A program made the position numbers and the translations under genes. A stretch of 64,000 nucleotides of DNA from Guillardia theta CCMP2712 (taxonomy: Eukaryota; Protista; Cryptophyta): positions 401,882-465,881 of the forward strand of contig NW_005434663.1 of NCBI RefSeq assembly GCF_000315625.1, in the 5' to 3' direction. Shown here piece by piece: positions 48,314 to 61,091 of this stretch. How positions within the stretch are numbered: the stretch's first letter is position 1; each line of letters opens with the position of its first letter. The notes beneath the pieces were generated by a model that ran no database searches, was not told where the DNA came from, and saw nothing but the letters and a program-made list of their open reading frames with translations.

Positions 48314-49392
48314 TGAAGAGTGATCTTCTCGATGAGAGTCAAACGATGAAGAACCGACCTAGGCGCAAACAAACCTGCTTCGGTTGCGACTTGAGCCCGC
48401 TAGGTCTTGTGGTCAAGCATACAGTGGTGCCACTACCGCCTTGTATCATATCCAGTACTTCTTGGCACGATTTTCCTTTGACACTGCGACGCATAACAAA
48501 GTCAACAAGGAACCCAGACTTCGAGGGTTTGGAAAATTACTTCATCCCATCGACGGCAATCACAACATCCCCACACGACAGATCCTTGCACTGAGCAGCT
48601 GTAAAATGGCGTAAATAATCTTTCGTTTCCCTTTGCACAGACCTGGACTGCCAGGATTGATGGAAACAATTTGCAAACCGTTGTGTTCTTCGGAGAGCAT
48701 GATTCCTATCCCAACCTGCACGAACGTCAGTCTTTCCCTTTGCTTCTGACCAGCAACAGTACTTTTGGCAGCTCAGGATTCAAAGCAGCTTCGTTATCGT
48801 CCGGAATTGATTTCCATGCGGTCTTTGATTTATCCACCTCGTCCTGGACAAGAGCGTCCCTGGGTGAAGGCGCCACCACGTCAGGCAAACACCTTGACAG
48901 GAAGAGAACGACTGGGCAGGGCTCACTTGGGTACAGGAGGTCTAGCGCTATTCTTGTTTGGAGATCCCTTCTTGATCCATTCTCCCGCGGCTGATGTTAC
49001 TTCCGTCGGCATCTTTCGAGGAGAATCCCGGGGGGTTTCGCCCATCCCCTCTTTCTTAGAGATAGCCGCTGGTCTGAAATCATGAAATCTGGAAGCCCTG
49101 TACCCGAACATCTACAGACAAAGTCAACCCAGAGCAGCTTTCTTGGCAGACTTCACCTGAAACAATCTAAATCGCCCTTTTTCCAACACATCCCAAATTG
49201 ACCAGTTATACCAAAACCCTGTGGAGCGGGCAGACCATGAGAAAGAGTTCCCATCACAGCAAGTCAAGGTCTACCATAAGCTGCGACATCGAGTCGATTC
49301 CTGATGCTGCCAATCACAAAGTTGGCCACATCCTGTCGCATACATGCAAATCAAACATTCCGAAATTCCATTTTCAAGGAAGTGAGACCTGA
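48314..49392 (+). CDS. Possible hypothetical multi-exon gene
   Basis: Short ORFs with intron-like spacers (e.g. 48611-48640); no family recognised. Confidence 0.3.
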
Positions 49393-50276
49393 CTGTCATA
49401 ATGATCTCCGGTCTCTCTGGTGGGAACAAGGATTTCCTGACCATGAGCCTTAGGGATACACATGATCTGATGCCATGTCCCGACCTGTATCTGCACTCCT
49501 GAACCTCGCACGTCTGCTGAGAGAGCCGATGCAAGCCCCCGCACTCCAACTGACGTCGTTACCATAGTTGCGGCTCCGCTCCAAACCCCCTTTGACAGTG
49601 CGTTCTGGGAGGGAGGTCGATCAGGAATCGATCAGGGATCAACTTATCACGGGTAACAGATACCTCAACAAAAACTAGGGCTCCTGATTTGCGCTGCACC
49701 ATGCTCTTCACGAAAGCTCGACTGTTGAGACAATGATTCAGTGGCAGACGGAGTTACGACTGACGCCGATCAAGGGGCACCTGACGAAAATAGGCATGAG
49801 AAGCCCATCTTGGATGGACGTCGTGATCTCATAGTTCTGAATTCAAGTGAAAACTCAACAGAAAGATTAGAGATTTTACGCACAGTGGTCGAAGGGAAAG
49901 ATTTTAATGTCCTCGGAAGATCGCAGCTGCAATGGATGACAATGTCTGGCAAACCATGAGTCTTGATAATCTCTGAAGCCATCTGTTCGATCTCTTTTCC
50001 TAAGATAAAAATCAAATTTCTCGCAGCAAATTAGAATTTCATGATCGAAGTACCGTTCTTAAGATCGCAGATTCGAACATGTAAGGAACAAGCCAGCTCC
50101 AACTCTGAGATTGAACGGACGATTGGTTCCGCTTCGAGGCTGCTGGAGCCTACCAGGATCAGAGTCGCTCCCTTCTTGCTGGACGTCAAGATTCAGACCC
50201 TCCCGTCACCATCCTGCTTGCTCTACTCACGCCAACGCCTGACATATCGCAGCACAACTGCGAGATGTGATGCCCG

Positions 50277-50600
50277 TCAACAAGATGGTCTTTCCTGAGC
50301 AATGCCTTCAGCCTCATGGCGAGTCAGCGGACGATCACCATCGATGCGGTTGGGGTTCGGCTTCGTCACAACTCGGTAGGTCCAGGCGCATGCTGCTGCC
50401 ATTGCCATCCAGCCGAAAGGGCCACGCCCCCTCATGAACTCAACCACCTTGGTATTAGAAGAATCATGAGCATCGAATCTTGAAGAAGCAGCACACGATC
50501 CGGATAGAGCAAAGACGATGGTCACATTTTTCCTTGACAGGCGGGGCATCAACATGTGAGGGATCTCTACAGCAACAGGCACGATGAGAGTGGAGGAGGT
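50277..50600 (-). CDS. Possible small single-TM protein
   Basis: VVEFMRGRGPFGWMAMAAACAWTYRVV segment with intron-like flanks. Confidence 0.3.
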   Translation of the reverse strand, partial: TSSTLIVPVAVEIPHMLMPRLSRKNVTIVFALSGSCAASSRFDAHDSSNTKVVEFMRGRGPFGWMAMAAACAWTYRVVTKPNPNRIDGDRPLTRHEAEGIAQERPSC

Positions 50601-50859
50601 GGAGGGGACGGGAGGGGAGATAATGTGTTCGACACTTCTCCCACTTCATCAGCAACAAGGTTCACACGCAGCGTCGCATCCATCAAGACATCACTCAAGC
50701 TTCATGGTTCCTCTCTTATCACTCACCCTCGTCATCACCGGCGCCACCCCCGAGCTTCCCGACATCACATGCTCCGCTAACAACAACCGCGGCACCCCCG
50801 CCATTGCCAGCGAAGCCCCTCATCCCCTCACATATCCTGTCACTCAGTTCACGGACAGC

Positions 50860-51090
50860 GCTGCCCGGCCCCGGCGATTCTTCCTGGGGCGGACTTGGTT
50901 TGCGGCCCCCAAAACAAAAAAAGACCACCCCACCCTGGAAAAAGATGCCACCGGTTCTAATTCGAGTACCCCATCGAGGTAGATATCCAGAGATTGAACC
51001 CAACACCCGTACATGTACCTGGAATAGTTGGGGTTTTCTGAACTCTTTCGAGTACCCCACCCAGACATTTACAAACTACCCCACCCTCTG
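50860..51090 (+). promoter_or_regulatory. Short GC island plus TACCCC cluster upstream of the PX gene
   Basis: TACCCC at ~50967, 51053, 51078. Confidence 0.45.
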
Positions 51091-51129
51091 TTTCCGTTAG
51101 CTTTCCAGCCTAGCCCTGGCCTGACCACG

Positions 51130-52770
51130 ATGGCACGCCCGATGGGATCGATGACGCATGTGGACCCCCAGCGTATGCTCAGCTTCACGCGGTCATGCAG
51201 AGACCCTTGCCCGCCCTCCTCGCCTTCTTCCATGCACTCCTCCTCATCTCACTCCTCCTCCTCGCACTCATCTCCGTCCTTTACATTCTTCTGCGATCCT
51301 CCAATGTCGGACGATGCGTACTCTTCGAAAGAATGTGCGGGGGATGCTTCACCTTGCGACCGGAATTCGCAATCGCTGCCCAGGATCGTTCTACCTCAGA
51401 GTGTAGAGTTCGCCAGTATGAGAGTCAGCGCCATGTCCAGTGAACGCTCTTCTGACCCCACGTCCTCTTGTCCCTTGGATCGAATTTCGCCCGACGCCTT
51501 CATTGTCACGGCCGACATTCTTGGCTGGAGCTGGCAAAGGATAGGAAAACGGCCGACAGCGATCTTTGAAGTAGAGGTTGTGCTTGTCACACGTCAGCTG
51601 GTGGAGAGATGGAAGATAAGGCGGAGGTTCAGTCAATTTGCCACCCTCAACAGGTTCCTAGGTCACCTCAAGGTCCTTGGCCTTATACAACTGTGTCCTG
51701 GGTGACTTTCGAAGACAGATTTTACTCCGCAGAAAATCTCAACCGCAAGATGACGTTCGGACTTGTCAGTTCCCAGTGAAGAAGTCGACTCTCGTGTTGG
51801 AGGGAGGCCTCGACTCATTCTTTTCTGCAGGTGGTTCTTGAACAACAGCAGGCGCTTCCTCGACAGAAGGATGTGCGAGGTAAAGACTCCAGGAACCCAT
51901 GGTCAACCTCTTGATGGCATCACGTCAGCTGCAGCTCTATCTTGACTCTTGTCTGCGACTTCCCTTCTCCTTCGTGCAAGCTGTCTTGTGAGAGCTTGCA
52001 ATTTGCTTGAATCATGGTTGACGCTTTACAGTGTCTTTCTGGAAGCAGACATCTACTGTAGGAGATGCAGGTTCGTAGACTTCCAAGGTGACTTCTTACA
52101 TGCCTTCTCTTCCTGTCTGTTATGGCTGATAGATCTTGGCAAGGCCAACACCTGGTGGATGTCTTCGAAGCGCAGACGAGAAGTGGAAAGGTGAAGGTCC
52201 AGCAGCGTAGCCAGCAGCCAGGACAGCGACGCGGCCAGCAGCGCTGTGGGGTATTTCATACGGTCTGCCATCGCTCTGGTATTTCAACTCCTTTTGCAGG
52301 TCATCAAAGCATGTGAGGCCTTGAGGCGATCGATCACCATCTTCCAGGTCTCCCCTCCCCTCCCCCCCGTCCTCCTCCCTCCCCTTCCCCCCCCTCCCCT
52401 CCCCCCTCCTCCCTCCCCTCCCTCCCTCCCCTCCTCCCTCCCCTCCTCCCTCCCCTCCCTCCCTCCCCTCCTTCCTCCCCTCTTGCCCTTGTGGCCAGCC
52501 AGTGACTCTCACTGAAGGACGTGGGGCTGTTGAACCCACACCTGCCCGTCCATGGGCGCGTGGAGGCGAAGCGAGGAGAAGGCAAGAAGGCGGCGAGCCG
52601 AGCTGAGGTGAGGGCGGCGTGCTGGTGTGGATGCGACTTGTGAGAACGCGCAGACGAGGAGGACGAAGGCTCTCCGGGCGAACAGAAGGAGAACAGGAGG
52701 TGAAGAAAGATTGTGTAGAAGAGAGCTGGACGACAAGTCTGTCCTGACTCCACGAGCGTCGCGGTGTGAC
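51130..52770 (+). CDS. PX (phox homology) domain protein
   Basis: AIFEVEV...WKIRRRFSQFATLNRFL...WFLNNSRRFLDRR...VFLE matches the PX pattern (RRYSEF, ERR). 3' end approximate. Confidence 0.65.
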
Positions 52771-52982
52771 TGACTTCTCGCATTAGGGGTTGAACGGCAC
52801 CTTCTTGTTGTTCGTCGGCCCAGTGGGATCATGATACAACAAGATTTGTAAAGAAAACTCTCTCAAAAGGAACCCCACTCGTCCCCTCCCCTCCTCCTCC
52901 TCCTTGCAAGTTGAATTCTTGTTCCGCTCAAGACTTTTCTTCCTTATTGCTCCATGTCTGACTTCTTCCGTCTTGCAACCCT

Positions 52983-55900
52983 TCATCGCACAACAGCTGG
53001 ACCCTCGTAGATCAACTTTTCATGCTCCTCCTCCACCTCCGCCAAGTCGAAGAGATGTCTCATGGTCGGCCTCCCATGCGGACAGTTCCAAGGCTGCAGC
53101 GTTGAACAATCAAGCGCAAAAAAGGAGAGGGGGGGAGAAAGAGGAGATCGTTAGCAGGTGGTAGGAGGAGCAGGAAGGAGAGGACGGTAAGGAGACATTT
53201 AGAAGGACGAACACAGAGAGAACGGGCACTGACCTGCTCCATGCTGCTCATGTGATCGACGATGACTCGCATCTGCTGTCTTGTCAGATGCTTCCCGATG
53301 GTCACAGCCGAGTGGCAAGCTCGAGACGCCAACATAGCCCGAACTCGAGAAGGTCTAGGGCATCGTCAGCAGCTTGAAGGGGGGCGTGCAAAGAGTAGAG
53401 GAGGAGGAGAAGGAGGAGGAGGAGGAGGAGAAGGAGGAGGAGGAGGAGGAGGAGGAGGAGGAGGAGAAGGAGAACCTTTGGGCAGAGCCCGAGTCCTCGC
53501 GCATCAAGCAGAGCATCTCATGGACGTCGGCAGGACCGAAGACTGTGCTCTTGCTGAATGGGATGGACGTCAGCTTCACCCTCTTCGTCGGCGGCGCCTC
53601 CTCGTCGATCTTGAGCTCGAAGCCGTTGGCCCTGAAGACATCCAGGTTCTCCTGGACGAGCATCTCGTCTGCAGCCTGCAGCAACGGTGAGAGCGAACGA
53701 CCACAGAGAAGGGAAGAGGATGGGAACGAGGAGAGGATGGGAACGAGGGAGGAAGGAAGGGGAGGCGAGGAGGTCAGATGTCAGGAGGATCAGGTGAAGG
53801 TGAGTACGAAAGGAAGAGACTGAAGGAAAGGAGAGAGCTTGACCTCCAGCTCAAGCTCCTTGGGCACGACGAGAGGTTGACTCTTCAAGCTGGTCGTCTG
53901 CTCCAGGAGCTCGAACCTGTACTTCTCGTCGCACGCGTGCTGGTCGAGGATGAAGAGGTCGGAGTCGAGTCGAGCGATGATGAAGCCTAGGTTGAACTGG
54001 CCGAGTATCTTCATGCGGGTGAAGTCGCTCTTGGAGATCACCCGCTCGTGCAGGTTTGTCACCGCGTCCTCGTAGTTCCTCCTCTTCCTCTTCCGCCCTT
54101 CCCTCTTGAGTTTCTCCGTAGCCTCTGAACCTTCTTCTGCATCCTTGCGCAGCTTTTGCTTCACTGCTTCCCAATCTGCCTCAACCTGCAACGTTGTCTC
54201 TCCCGTCGGCTCCGGTTGATCGACGTCTACCATCGAAGTTTCTTCCTCCCTCCTGCCTTCCCCATCCTCCTCCTCCACCTCCGCCGCTTCGCCCTCTCCC
54301 TCGATCCTCTGCGCCCATTCCTCGGATGTAGGAGTTCTACACTCGCTGTTGGCTGCACACACCAGTCAACAATCAGCTATATCACAAGGATACACTCACC
54401 AGTCAAAGTCACCAACTCATCCTCCTCCTTCTCCTCCTCCTCCTCCATGTCGGCCTTGCGCTGCAAGATTCGTCGGCTGGTCTCGTCGGGTCTGCGCCGA
54501 GAGCTCGAAGATTCCAGTTCGTCGGAGGATTCGCCTCGGCGCTCGTCGCTACCCCTCAGCCTCTGTAACATCCTCTCAGGGCGCGATGTCTTCCGAGGAA
54601 ACTCGATCTCCTTCTGCAGCAGATGCGTTTGCTTCTTCGAGCCCCGCTGTGCGCTGTCAAAGCTGCTCGGTCTCAATGTGTCCTTTGAAAAGATGGGAAA
54701 GAGGAGGAGGAGGAGGAGGAGGAGGAGGAGAGGGTCTTGCTTTTGGAAACCGTTGGCGTTTGGGCACTCTGCCGGTCAACATAGTTCCGTTGGTTGGCCT
54801 CTTCCTCACTGTCATCATCTCCAACCCTCACAACATGTGGGTCCTTGCGTACTGGATCGTCCGTCCTCTCCTCCGACAGAGTTCTTTCATTGCTTGCGCT
54901 TGTTTCCTCCACCTCTTCTTCACACCGTGGTTGCCTTGTTGTCCTGTCAGGGAGGTCGATCGCATCGCCTTCCACCGTCCTGGCCTCCTCCACCCTCGTC
55001 TCCTCCTGGGACTCACGATCTCCTCGTTCTCCTGTGTCTTTTTCCCCAACCCCCTCCTGCTCAACATCATCTTGCTCAACATCTTTGCTACTCGCACTCT
55101 TCTTATTCAAATGTTGCAGCACAGACGGGATGTTGTTACGCGAAGGCTCGAACAGGTTCCGAAGGTTCTCCTTGACGAACTCAATGAGTCGAGACTCATC
55201 GTGAAACATGATCTGCCGTTTGTCGGGGGTCACGTTCACATCATAGGTGTCTGTCGACAGTTGAATGTTCAAGAAGTAGATGGGATATTGGTGCATGTTG
55301 TACATCTTGTAAACCTCGTTGATCGCCTTGGACAACTTAGGGATATCGACAGGTCGCTTATTCAGGTAAAGAAACTGCCTGTCTCCCGAGCTCAAACCAC
55401 ATCCCGAGCTGGCCTTGGAGATGTACCCAGAGCAGGTGACATGTTCACCCCTCAGCTCGATTGCCGTCAGAGAGTCCTTTTGCTTTGCGCCGTAGATGCT
55501 GGTGACGCAGTCCAACATGCTGTTGTTCCCAGGGGTTGAGAATACAGAAGCTTTCCCCTTGGGCGTCTGGTTGACACAAGTGATGCGGACATCACTGTGA
55601 ATGATCGCGTACGCCTGCAGCCTCCTTGTCAGCCTCTGGAACTCTCGAGTCTTGTTCTTCTGGAAGTCCTTGTATCTCACAGGAAGGGCCTTGAAGATCG
55701 TATCCAGCGTCACTGTAGTGCCAACTTCTCGAGCGCACGTCGAAGAGCCCCGCAGCTTGCCATTCTTGTCATACTCTAACTTGGTGGCGATCACTTCGTT
55801 CGCCGTTCTCGTGGTTATCGTCACTTTCTCGCAGATGGCGCACAGCGAGCTCAGAGCCTCGCCGCGGAAACCGAAGGTGGTGAGACTGTTGAGGTCGTCG

Positions 55901-56157
55901 AACCTCCTCAGTTTCGAAGTTGTGTGCTTGCAGGCCAGAAGCTCGAAGTCTCCCGGAGAGATGCCCGAACCATTGTCGCACACCTCGATCACCTCCAACC
56001 CGTAGTCTTTCAGCTTGACATCAACCTTGGTTGCTCCAGCATCAACTGCATTCTCCACCACCTCCTTGAGAGCAGATGATGGATCCAGAATGACCTGTCC
56101 CGAGCATATCCGATGCACAGACGAGGCATCGATTGCCTTGATGTTCTTGCTCTGCAT
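52983..56157 (-). CDS. PMS2: DNA mismatch repair endonuclease PMS2 (MutL homolog; yeast PMS1)
   Basis: IKAID..SVHRICSGQV, KEVVENAVDAGA, DNGSG, KHTTSK, GFRGEALSSL; C-terminal GQFNLGFI, DQHACDEKYRFE, ASRAC, PWNCPHGRPTMRHL. Confidence 0.95.
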
Positions 56158-56436
56158 CTTTTCCACGTTGCTCGTTCCCAAACAGCCTTGGGCACCCGCA
56201 GCGCAGCCACCGAGAGCAGGCGGAGGATTCAGCGGACAGCTCTCTATGTCTCCTTCTTCACTGGCCGATCGTCACCACCATTCCCATGTTGCTCCCTCGC
56301 TCCTCCACCATTCCCGCCAAGTTTCGAAAGCTCAAAATCGTAACTGTCTGTAACGCTCAGAAACATTACTCAAATACGTTAAGTAAAACAAAGCGTTAGC
56401 CTCCGCTCTGCTAGACGTCAATGCGGCCCCTCCCGC

Positions 56437-57723
56437 ATGTCGAGTGAAGGCGCTGGCAGAGCAACGAAAGGGGCAGGCAGGCATCCGTTCCTCCGCTCCT
56501 TTCTCGTGACGACCACCTCCTCTCTCCTCCTCTCCCTTCTCCTGCTCCCTCCCGCCACCGCCTCGTCCTCGCTGCTGGCTCACACCTCAAGCGCTTGCTC
56601 TTGCAATCGGAACACGGCCGGCCCCGCATTCGTATCCTGTATGTCTCCCTCTAAGCTCTTGTCCCCTCCTCTCATGAGGATCCCTGGTCTGCTCATGCGA
56701 AATATCCCGAGAGTCACTGCTCGAAGGACCTCGTTGGCGTTCCTGACGACCATGCAAGGGAGCGACATCGAAAGCGAGTCGACCTCGAAGAAATTCAAGA
56801 CACCAAGTCAGTCTGCAAGTGTTTACAAGGCCAAACAATCACTGGGTCAGAACTTCTTGGTGGATATGAATGTTGCTAGACGCATTGTAGAGTCTTTGCA
56901 GGATAAGAGCGAGGATGGGCGAAGTGTCGTCGAGGTGGGGCCTGGCAAGGGAGCGCTGACAGCAATGCTGCTGCAGCATTACCCAAAGATGACAGCGATA
57001 GAGATAGATCAGCGGTCGGTGCAGTACCTCTCAGGACAGCTACCTGAACTCTCCGTCATTCATTCTTCGGTCCTAGATGTTGACTGGAAGGAACTGTCGG
57101 CCAATCGGGCGGCGGGAGACCAAATCTCTGTCATCGGCAATCTGCCCTACTACATCGTCTCTCAGATCTTGTTCTCCATCCTCGATGCTGCTCCGCACAT
57201 CCGCAGAGCCGTGCTGACGATGCAGTGGGAAGTAGCCCAGCGAGTGGTCTCGGAGCCGAGGTGCAAGCCCTACGGGATCCTTAGCGTAGTGTCTCAGCTT
57301 TACGGCACCCCCAAGATCGCCTTCAAGATCCCCCCCAACGTCTTTCAGCCCCAGCCCGACGTTGACTCGGCTCTTGTCGTCATTGATTTCCCCAAGGAGC
57401 GTCCTTCCTTTGGGATCAACGAGTGCAACCTCCGGACGGTGCTCCGGTCCGCCTTCCAGATGCGAAGGAAGATGCTGAGACAGGTAGGATCTGATGCTGT
57501 TCGTTTTTCTTGTACTGAAGTACCGTCCATCCTGCAGAGCCTCAAGGCCCTTGTGACGGAGAGAGGGATCGTCCTCCCCGAGGAGCTGGGGACTCGACGC
57601 CCGGAGTCCCTGACCCCCCACGAGTTCATAGATCTCACGAAGCTCATCTTCGGGGAAGGGACGACACCCGAGGGAGTTGCCGTGTGGAGGGGAAAGTTGG
57701 ACGATCTTGCAAGGATCAACTAG
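56437..57723 (+). CDS. rsmA: 16S rRNA adenine dimethyltransferase KsgA/RsmA-type with bipartite (signal plus transit) presequence, likely plastid-targeted
   Basis: KQSLGQNFL, VVEVGPGKGALT, AIEID, GNLPYYI, MQWEVAQR, F.P.P.VDS; hydrophobic N-terminus then S/R-rich linker; in-frame intron 57484-57537. Confidence 0.92.
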   Translation: MSSEGAGRATKGAGRHPFLRSFLVTTTSSLLLSLLLLPPATASSSLLAHTSSACSCNRNTAGPAFVSCMSPSKLLSPPLMRIPGLLMRNIPRVTARRTSLAFLTTMQGSDIESESTSKKFKTPSQSASVYKAKQSLGQNFLVDMNVARRIVESLQDKSEDGRSVVEVGPGKGALTAMLLQHYPKMTAIEIDQRSVQYLSGQLPELSVIHSSVLDVDWKELSANRAAGDQISVIGNLPYYIVSQILFSILDAAPHIRRAVLTMQWEVAQRVVSEPRCKPYGILSVVSQLYGTPKIAFKIPPNVFQPQPDVDSALVVIDFPKERPSFGINECNLRTVLRSAFQMRRKMLRQVGSDAVRFSCTEVPSILQSLKALVTERGIVLPEELGTRRPESLTPHEFIDLTKLIFGEGTTPEGVAVWRGKLDDLARIN

Positions 57724-57772
57724 GATAGCAACGGAGACGAGGCTAGATGGTTGATTGGAGTTGGTTTTATTC

Positions 57773-60747
57773 TCAAGAGTTTGAGAGATCGAAGCTTTGA
57801 AATTGGCGTTGTTCTCCCCGAGTTTGGTTCTCAATGATTGCTCCCTCTATCACGCTCCCTGGAGCTCCGACGGAGCACAGCCACTGGATGAACTTCTCCG
57901 CCTGCTCAAACTGAAAAATTTGCATGAGACAGGGAGGAGCAAAGGAGAGTTCGAGCTCACCTTCCCTTCCACCTTCCCTTCCACCTCCCCTCCTGTCATG
58001 GTGCATGACCCGCTGATTCCTAGCTCGCTTGCCTGCAGACTCGCTTCACCACGTAGCTGCAGAATGAGGAAAGGGAACACACCTTGTACGCGATAGCAGC
58101 CCCGAAACTCCGCTGCTCAATCATACCAAAGATCTTAAAGTTGAAGCAGAGCAAGGGCCCAGATCCTGGTATCGCCTGGTCCCCAGACTTGCGCTCCTGC
58201 AAGGGATCAGGCGCTGGACGAGGCCAGGATCGGCTGCCAGATGCTGCTATGTCCGTGCGAATGGAGGAAGAGACGGGGTCTTGACGGAAGCTGAATTGCG
58301 TGCTGTCCGGAGTGGAATAACTCTGAGTAGGATAGGTAACAGTTCGGGGGGGTTGATAAGGACGGGGCGGAGGCTGCCGAGGGATTTGCTGCTGATCGAA
58401 GCCTCGACCAGCACCCGGCAAGTCTGAAGGGTCCTGGAAGATGCTGTTGATCCATCCTACGCCTTTCCTCGCTGCATCTCCGATGCCCATCGCGGCGGAG
58501 TCGACGGCAGTGCGGTAATCGTCAGTGCCAAGCGGGTCGTCTTTGTAGTAGATGTTTTCTTGTACTCCTCGAGGCTGTCGCTCCTCCTCGAGGGAGTAGT
58601 CGACGGACTCTCCATACTGCGAAGAAGGAAAGAAACTTGTCACTCAACCAGATCGGGGAACATCAAGTGTTACCACATCAGCAGACCCTGTGCGATTGTA
58701 TCGGTCATACCATTCCTCTGCTGAGAGGAAGGAGACGTTGTCCTGAAAGAACATGAGACAACAAGTCACGTCATCATGGAGCTCTACATCTCTCCCTGTT
58801 GTCTGCACGTAATCAGCCGCAGCTCGTCCTGCCTCCCACGCCGTCTCAGCGATCTTCCTTGCCGCCTCGGGGTTGGAGAAGCTAGCACGTGCGTAGTCCG
58901 CAGCTGACTTCCCAGCTCTCACGAAAGACTCCGCTGCCTGTCACTCAGTCACTAGAGGTCGGCGGGAGCTGGGTTCTCACCCTCGATCTCGCATCCTCAT
59001 CAGTTGCTGCTTCTGTGGCAAACTTTGCGGCTGTCGCTCCTGCGTTCCACGCCTTCTGAAAGATGTCGCGACGGATCTCCTCGTCCTGCACCGCAGATCC
59101 GAGACCTTGAGCGATGTCCTTGCCCATAAACCATGCTCGATCTGCGATGTTCTGAACTACCCGAGAGGGGTCTTGATACCCCTCGGCCTCCCCGTCATCA
59201 TACCCGTCAGTTCCAACTGAACCAAGTACATCACTGACAGGGAAATTTGGGATAGGGAAAAATACCCGAGAAATCTTTCTCAGCCCTTGCATTGTTTCTC
59301 TTCATGCCAGCAAGTTTTGCAGCTGCAAACAGCCTTTCCCGTGCTTCGCGCTCATTGCTGACATCATCGTACCGTATCCCATGGTACTGCATGCACACCT
59401 AGGACAAGCACTCACGCATCTCACAGCTCAACAAGTTGCAGACTACCTGGACCTCTACCAGAGACATGTCTTTGATGTCTGCTGGGCGCAGTTGCCACAG
59501 AGGAACAAAGCGCTGGAACCGAGCAAGACCAATCCCTTGGTTGGAACCTGATCCTGCCCTTGCCTTCCCGTCTTGCAGCATCAGGTCAATCTCTGGGATG
59601 GCCTCAACATCTTCAGGAAGCGCTCTCAGCACGAAGTCCTCGACAGCCTCTCGGCATCTCGACCCCCAGGGCCTCCACCGCCGGGTCCACCGCGACAAGC
59701 TCATTCGGAAGCCGCCCGTTTGGAAGTCGGGAGGGAAAACCTCAGTTCTCATTCCCAGGTGACTCAGAGTTTCATAGGCTTCTTGCGCTAGAAAGTCATC
59801 GGGGGAGCGGAAGAAGAAGAATGGAGTGGAGAAAGACTCTGCTGATGGAAGGCCCGCGATCGTCTCAGGTATTTGCCCTCCAATACAAATGACCCCAGCT
59901 AGCCTCGCAGACAGCAGCATGCCGGCCAGCATGGCGACCGTGGCTCCTTGTCCCAACCCGCCGATCATGATGCGATCTGAGGGGATTCCTTTCTTCATCT
60001 CAACCGAAACCAACGTTTGAATGTACTGCAAGGTTGAATACAGGCCTTCGTCACTGGTCTCGTCGAACCATGCTCTTCGCTCCCGCTTCCAGAAACTCTT
60101 CTTCTCCTCTCCTTCCACGTAGCCCGACGGCAAGACAAGTCTACACCAGTCCAGACCCAGCCTTTTGAGACGCTTTGACCACCTCGCTGGCCCATCACCA
60201 TAGTCGAGTCCATCAAGCCAGATGACTACTCCCGTTGCCTCTTGCGAGGGCGATACGATCATCGCTTTGCCATACTTGGGAATCTCTTGCCGTTGGCTCT
60301 TCCGACGTCTCGCTCGGAACAGCGGTTTCTTTCCTCCACTAGGCCATGACTCAGGGGATCGGCTCTTAGCTTGCTGTATGCCCTCGTTCTGAGGAGCCAA
60401 CAGGACAGAGTCGGTCTCGTTCGAGCTGAGAGCAAGGGACAAGACTAAGAGACCCCGACAAGACGCTCTTGACTGGCTGCATCCGAGCCCCTTCACCTTC
60501 TGTAGGTATAGTGATCCTCCTCCTGAGAGCTTCGGATTGAGGCTGACAAACTTTGATCGCCCGGCACAGGTCGCTACTCCTGAAGATACGAAGCAGCTGG
60601 CCTGATGCACATAGCACTCGGAGTGAGTCAGTCCTGCAAGCAGCCGGCATGTCAGAAACGTTCTTCTTGCTCGCTGCTTCTCTCACCTGCTATGTTCCAA
60701 TGCAGCCATAGCATCGCCGTCCCTGCCCATCGTCGTCCCATCTTCAT
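57773..60747 (-). CDS. Fusion protein: targeting presequence, degenerate phospholipase/carboxylesterase (APT-like) domain, SAP-like helix pair, amphipathic repeats, degenerate acylphosphatase domain
   Basis: GIPSDRIMIGGLGQGATVA..LAGVI..GG.IP. The frame continues through introns at ~59399-59446 and ~59218-59265 into the repeat exons. C-terminal FKIFG..ASELGISG..GEVEGKVEG..FIQWL..GAPGSVI..FQSFDL. Confidence 0.75.
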
Positions 60748-61091
60748 CGCCCCCCTCTTGTACCCGCCCTCCTTGGAGGGCAGCACCTTTTTCTGCTCCT
60801 TCAATACCCTCGGAAATAGGAGATTCGAAAGGCAGCAAAACTAACTGTCCTGGCTATGCCGCGGCTGTCGCTGCATACCAGCCGCCCCGTCCGCACTGCT
60901 TTGTGTTGATATGCTGACCAGCCGCCATGCTCGTGATGATCTCATACTCTTGTGCCGCCCTGGCTCTTCATGCACTCCCTCTGAATGCTGTTGTCTTCTT
61001 TCCATCAAGTGGTGAAGTTGAATTTGCGTTGACTCACAGTTGCAGGCGGTGATGAACCTGTGAAGGAGACTGGCCGCAGACAGAGATCAGC

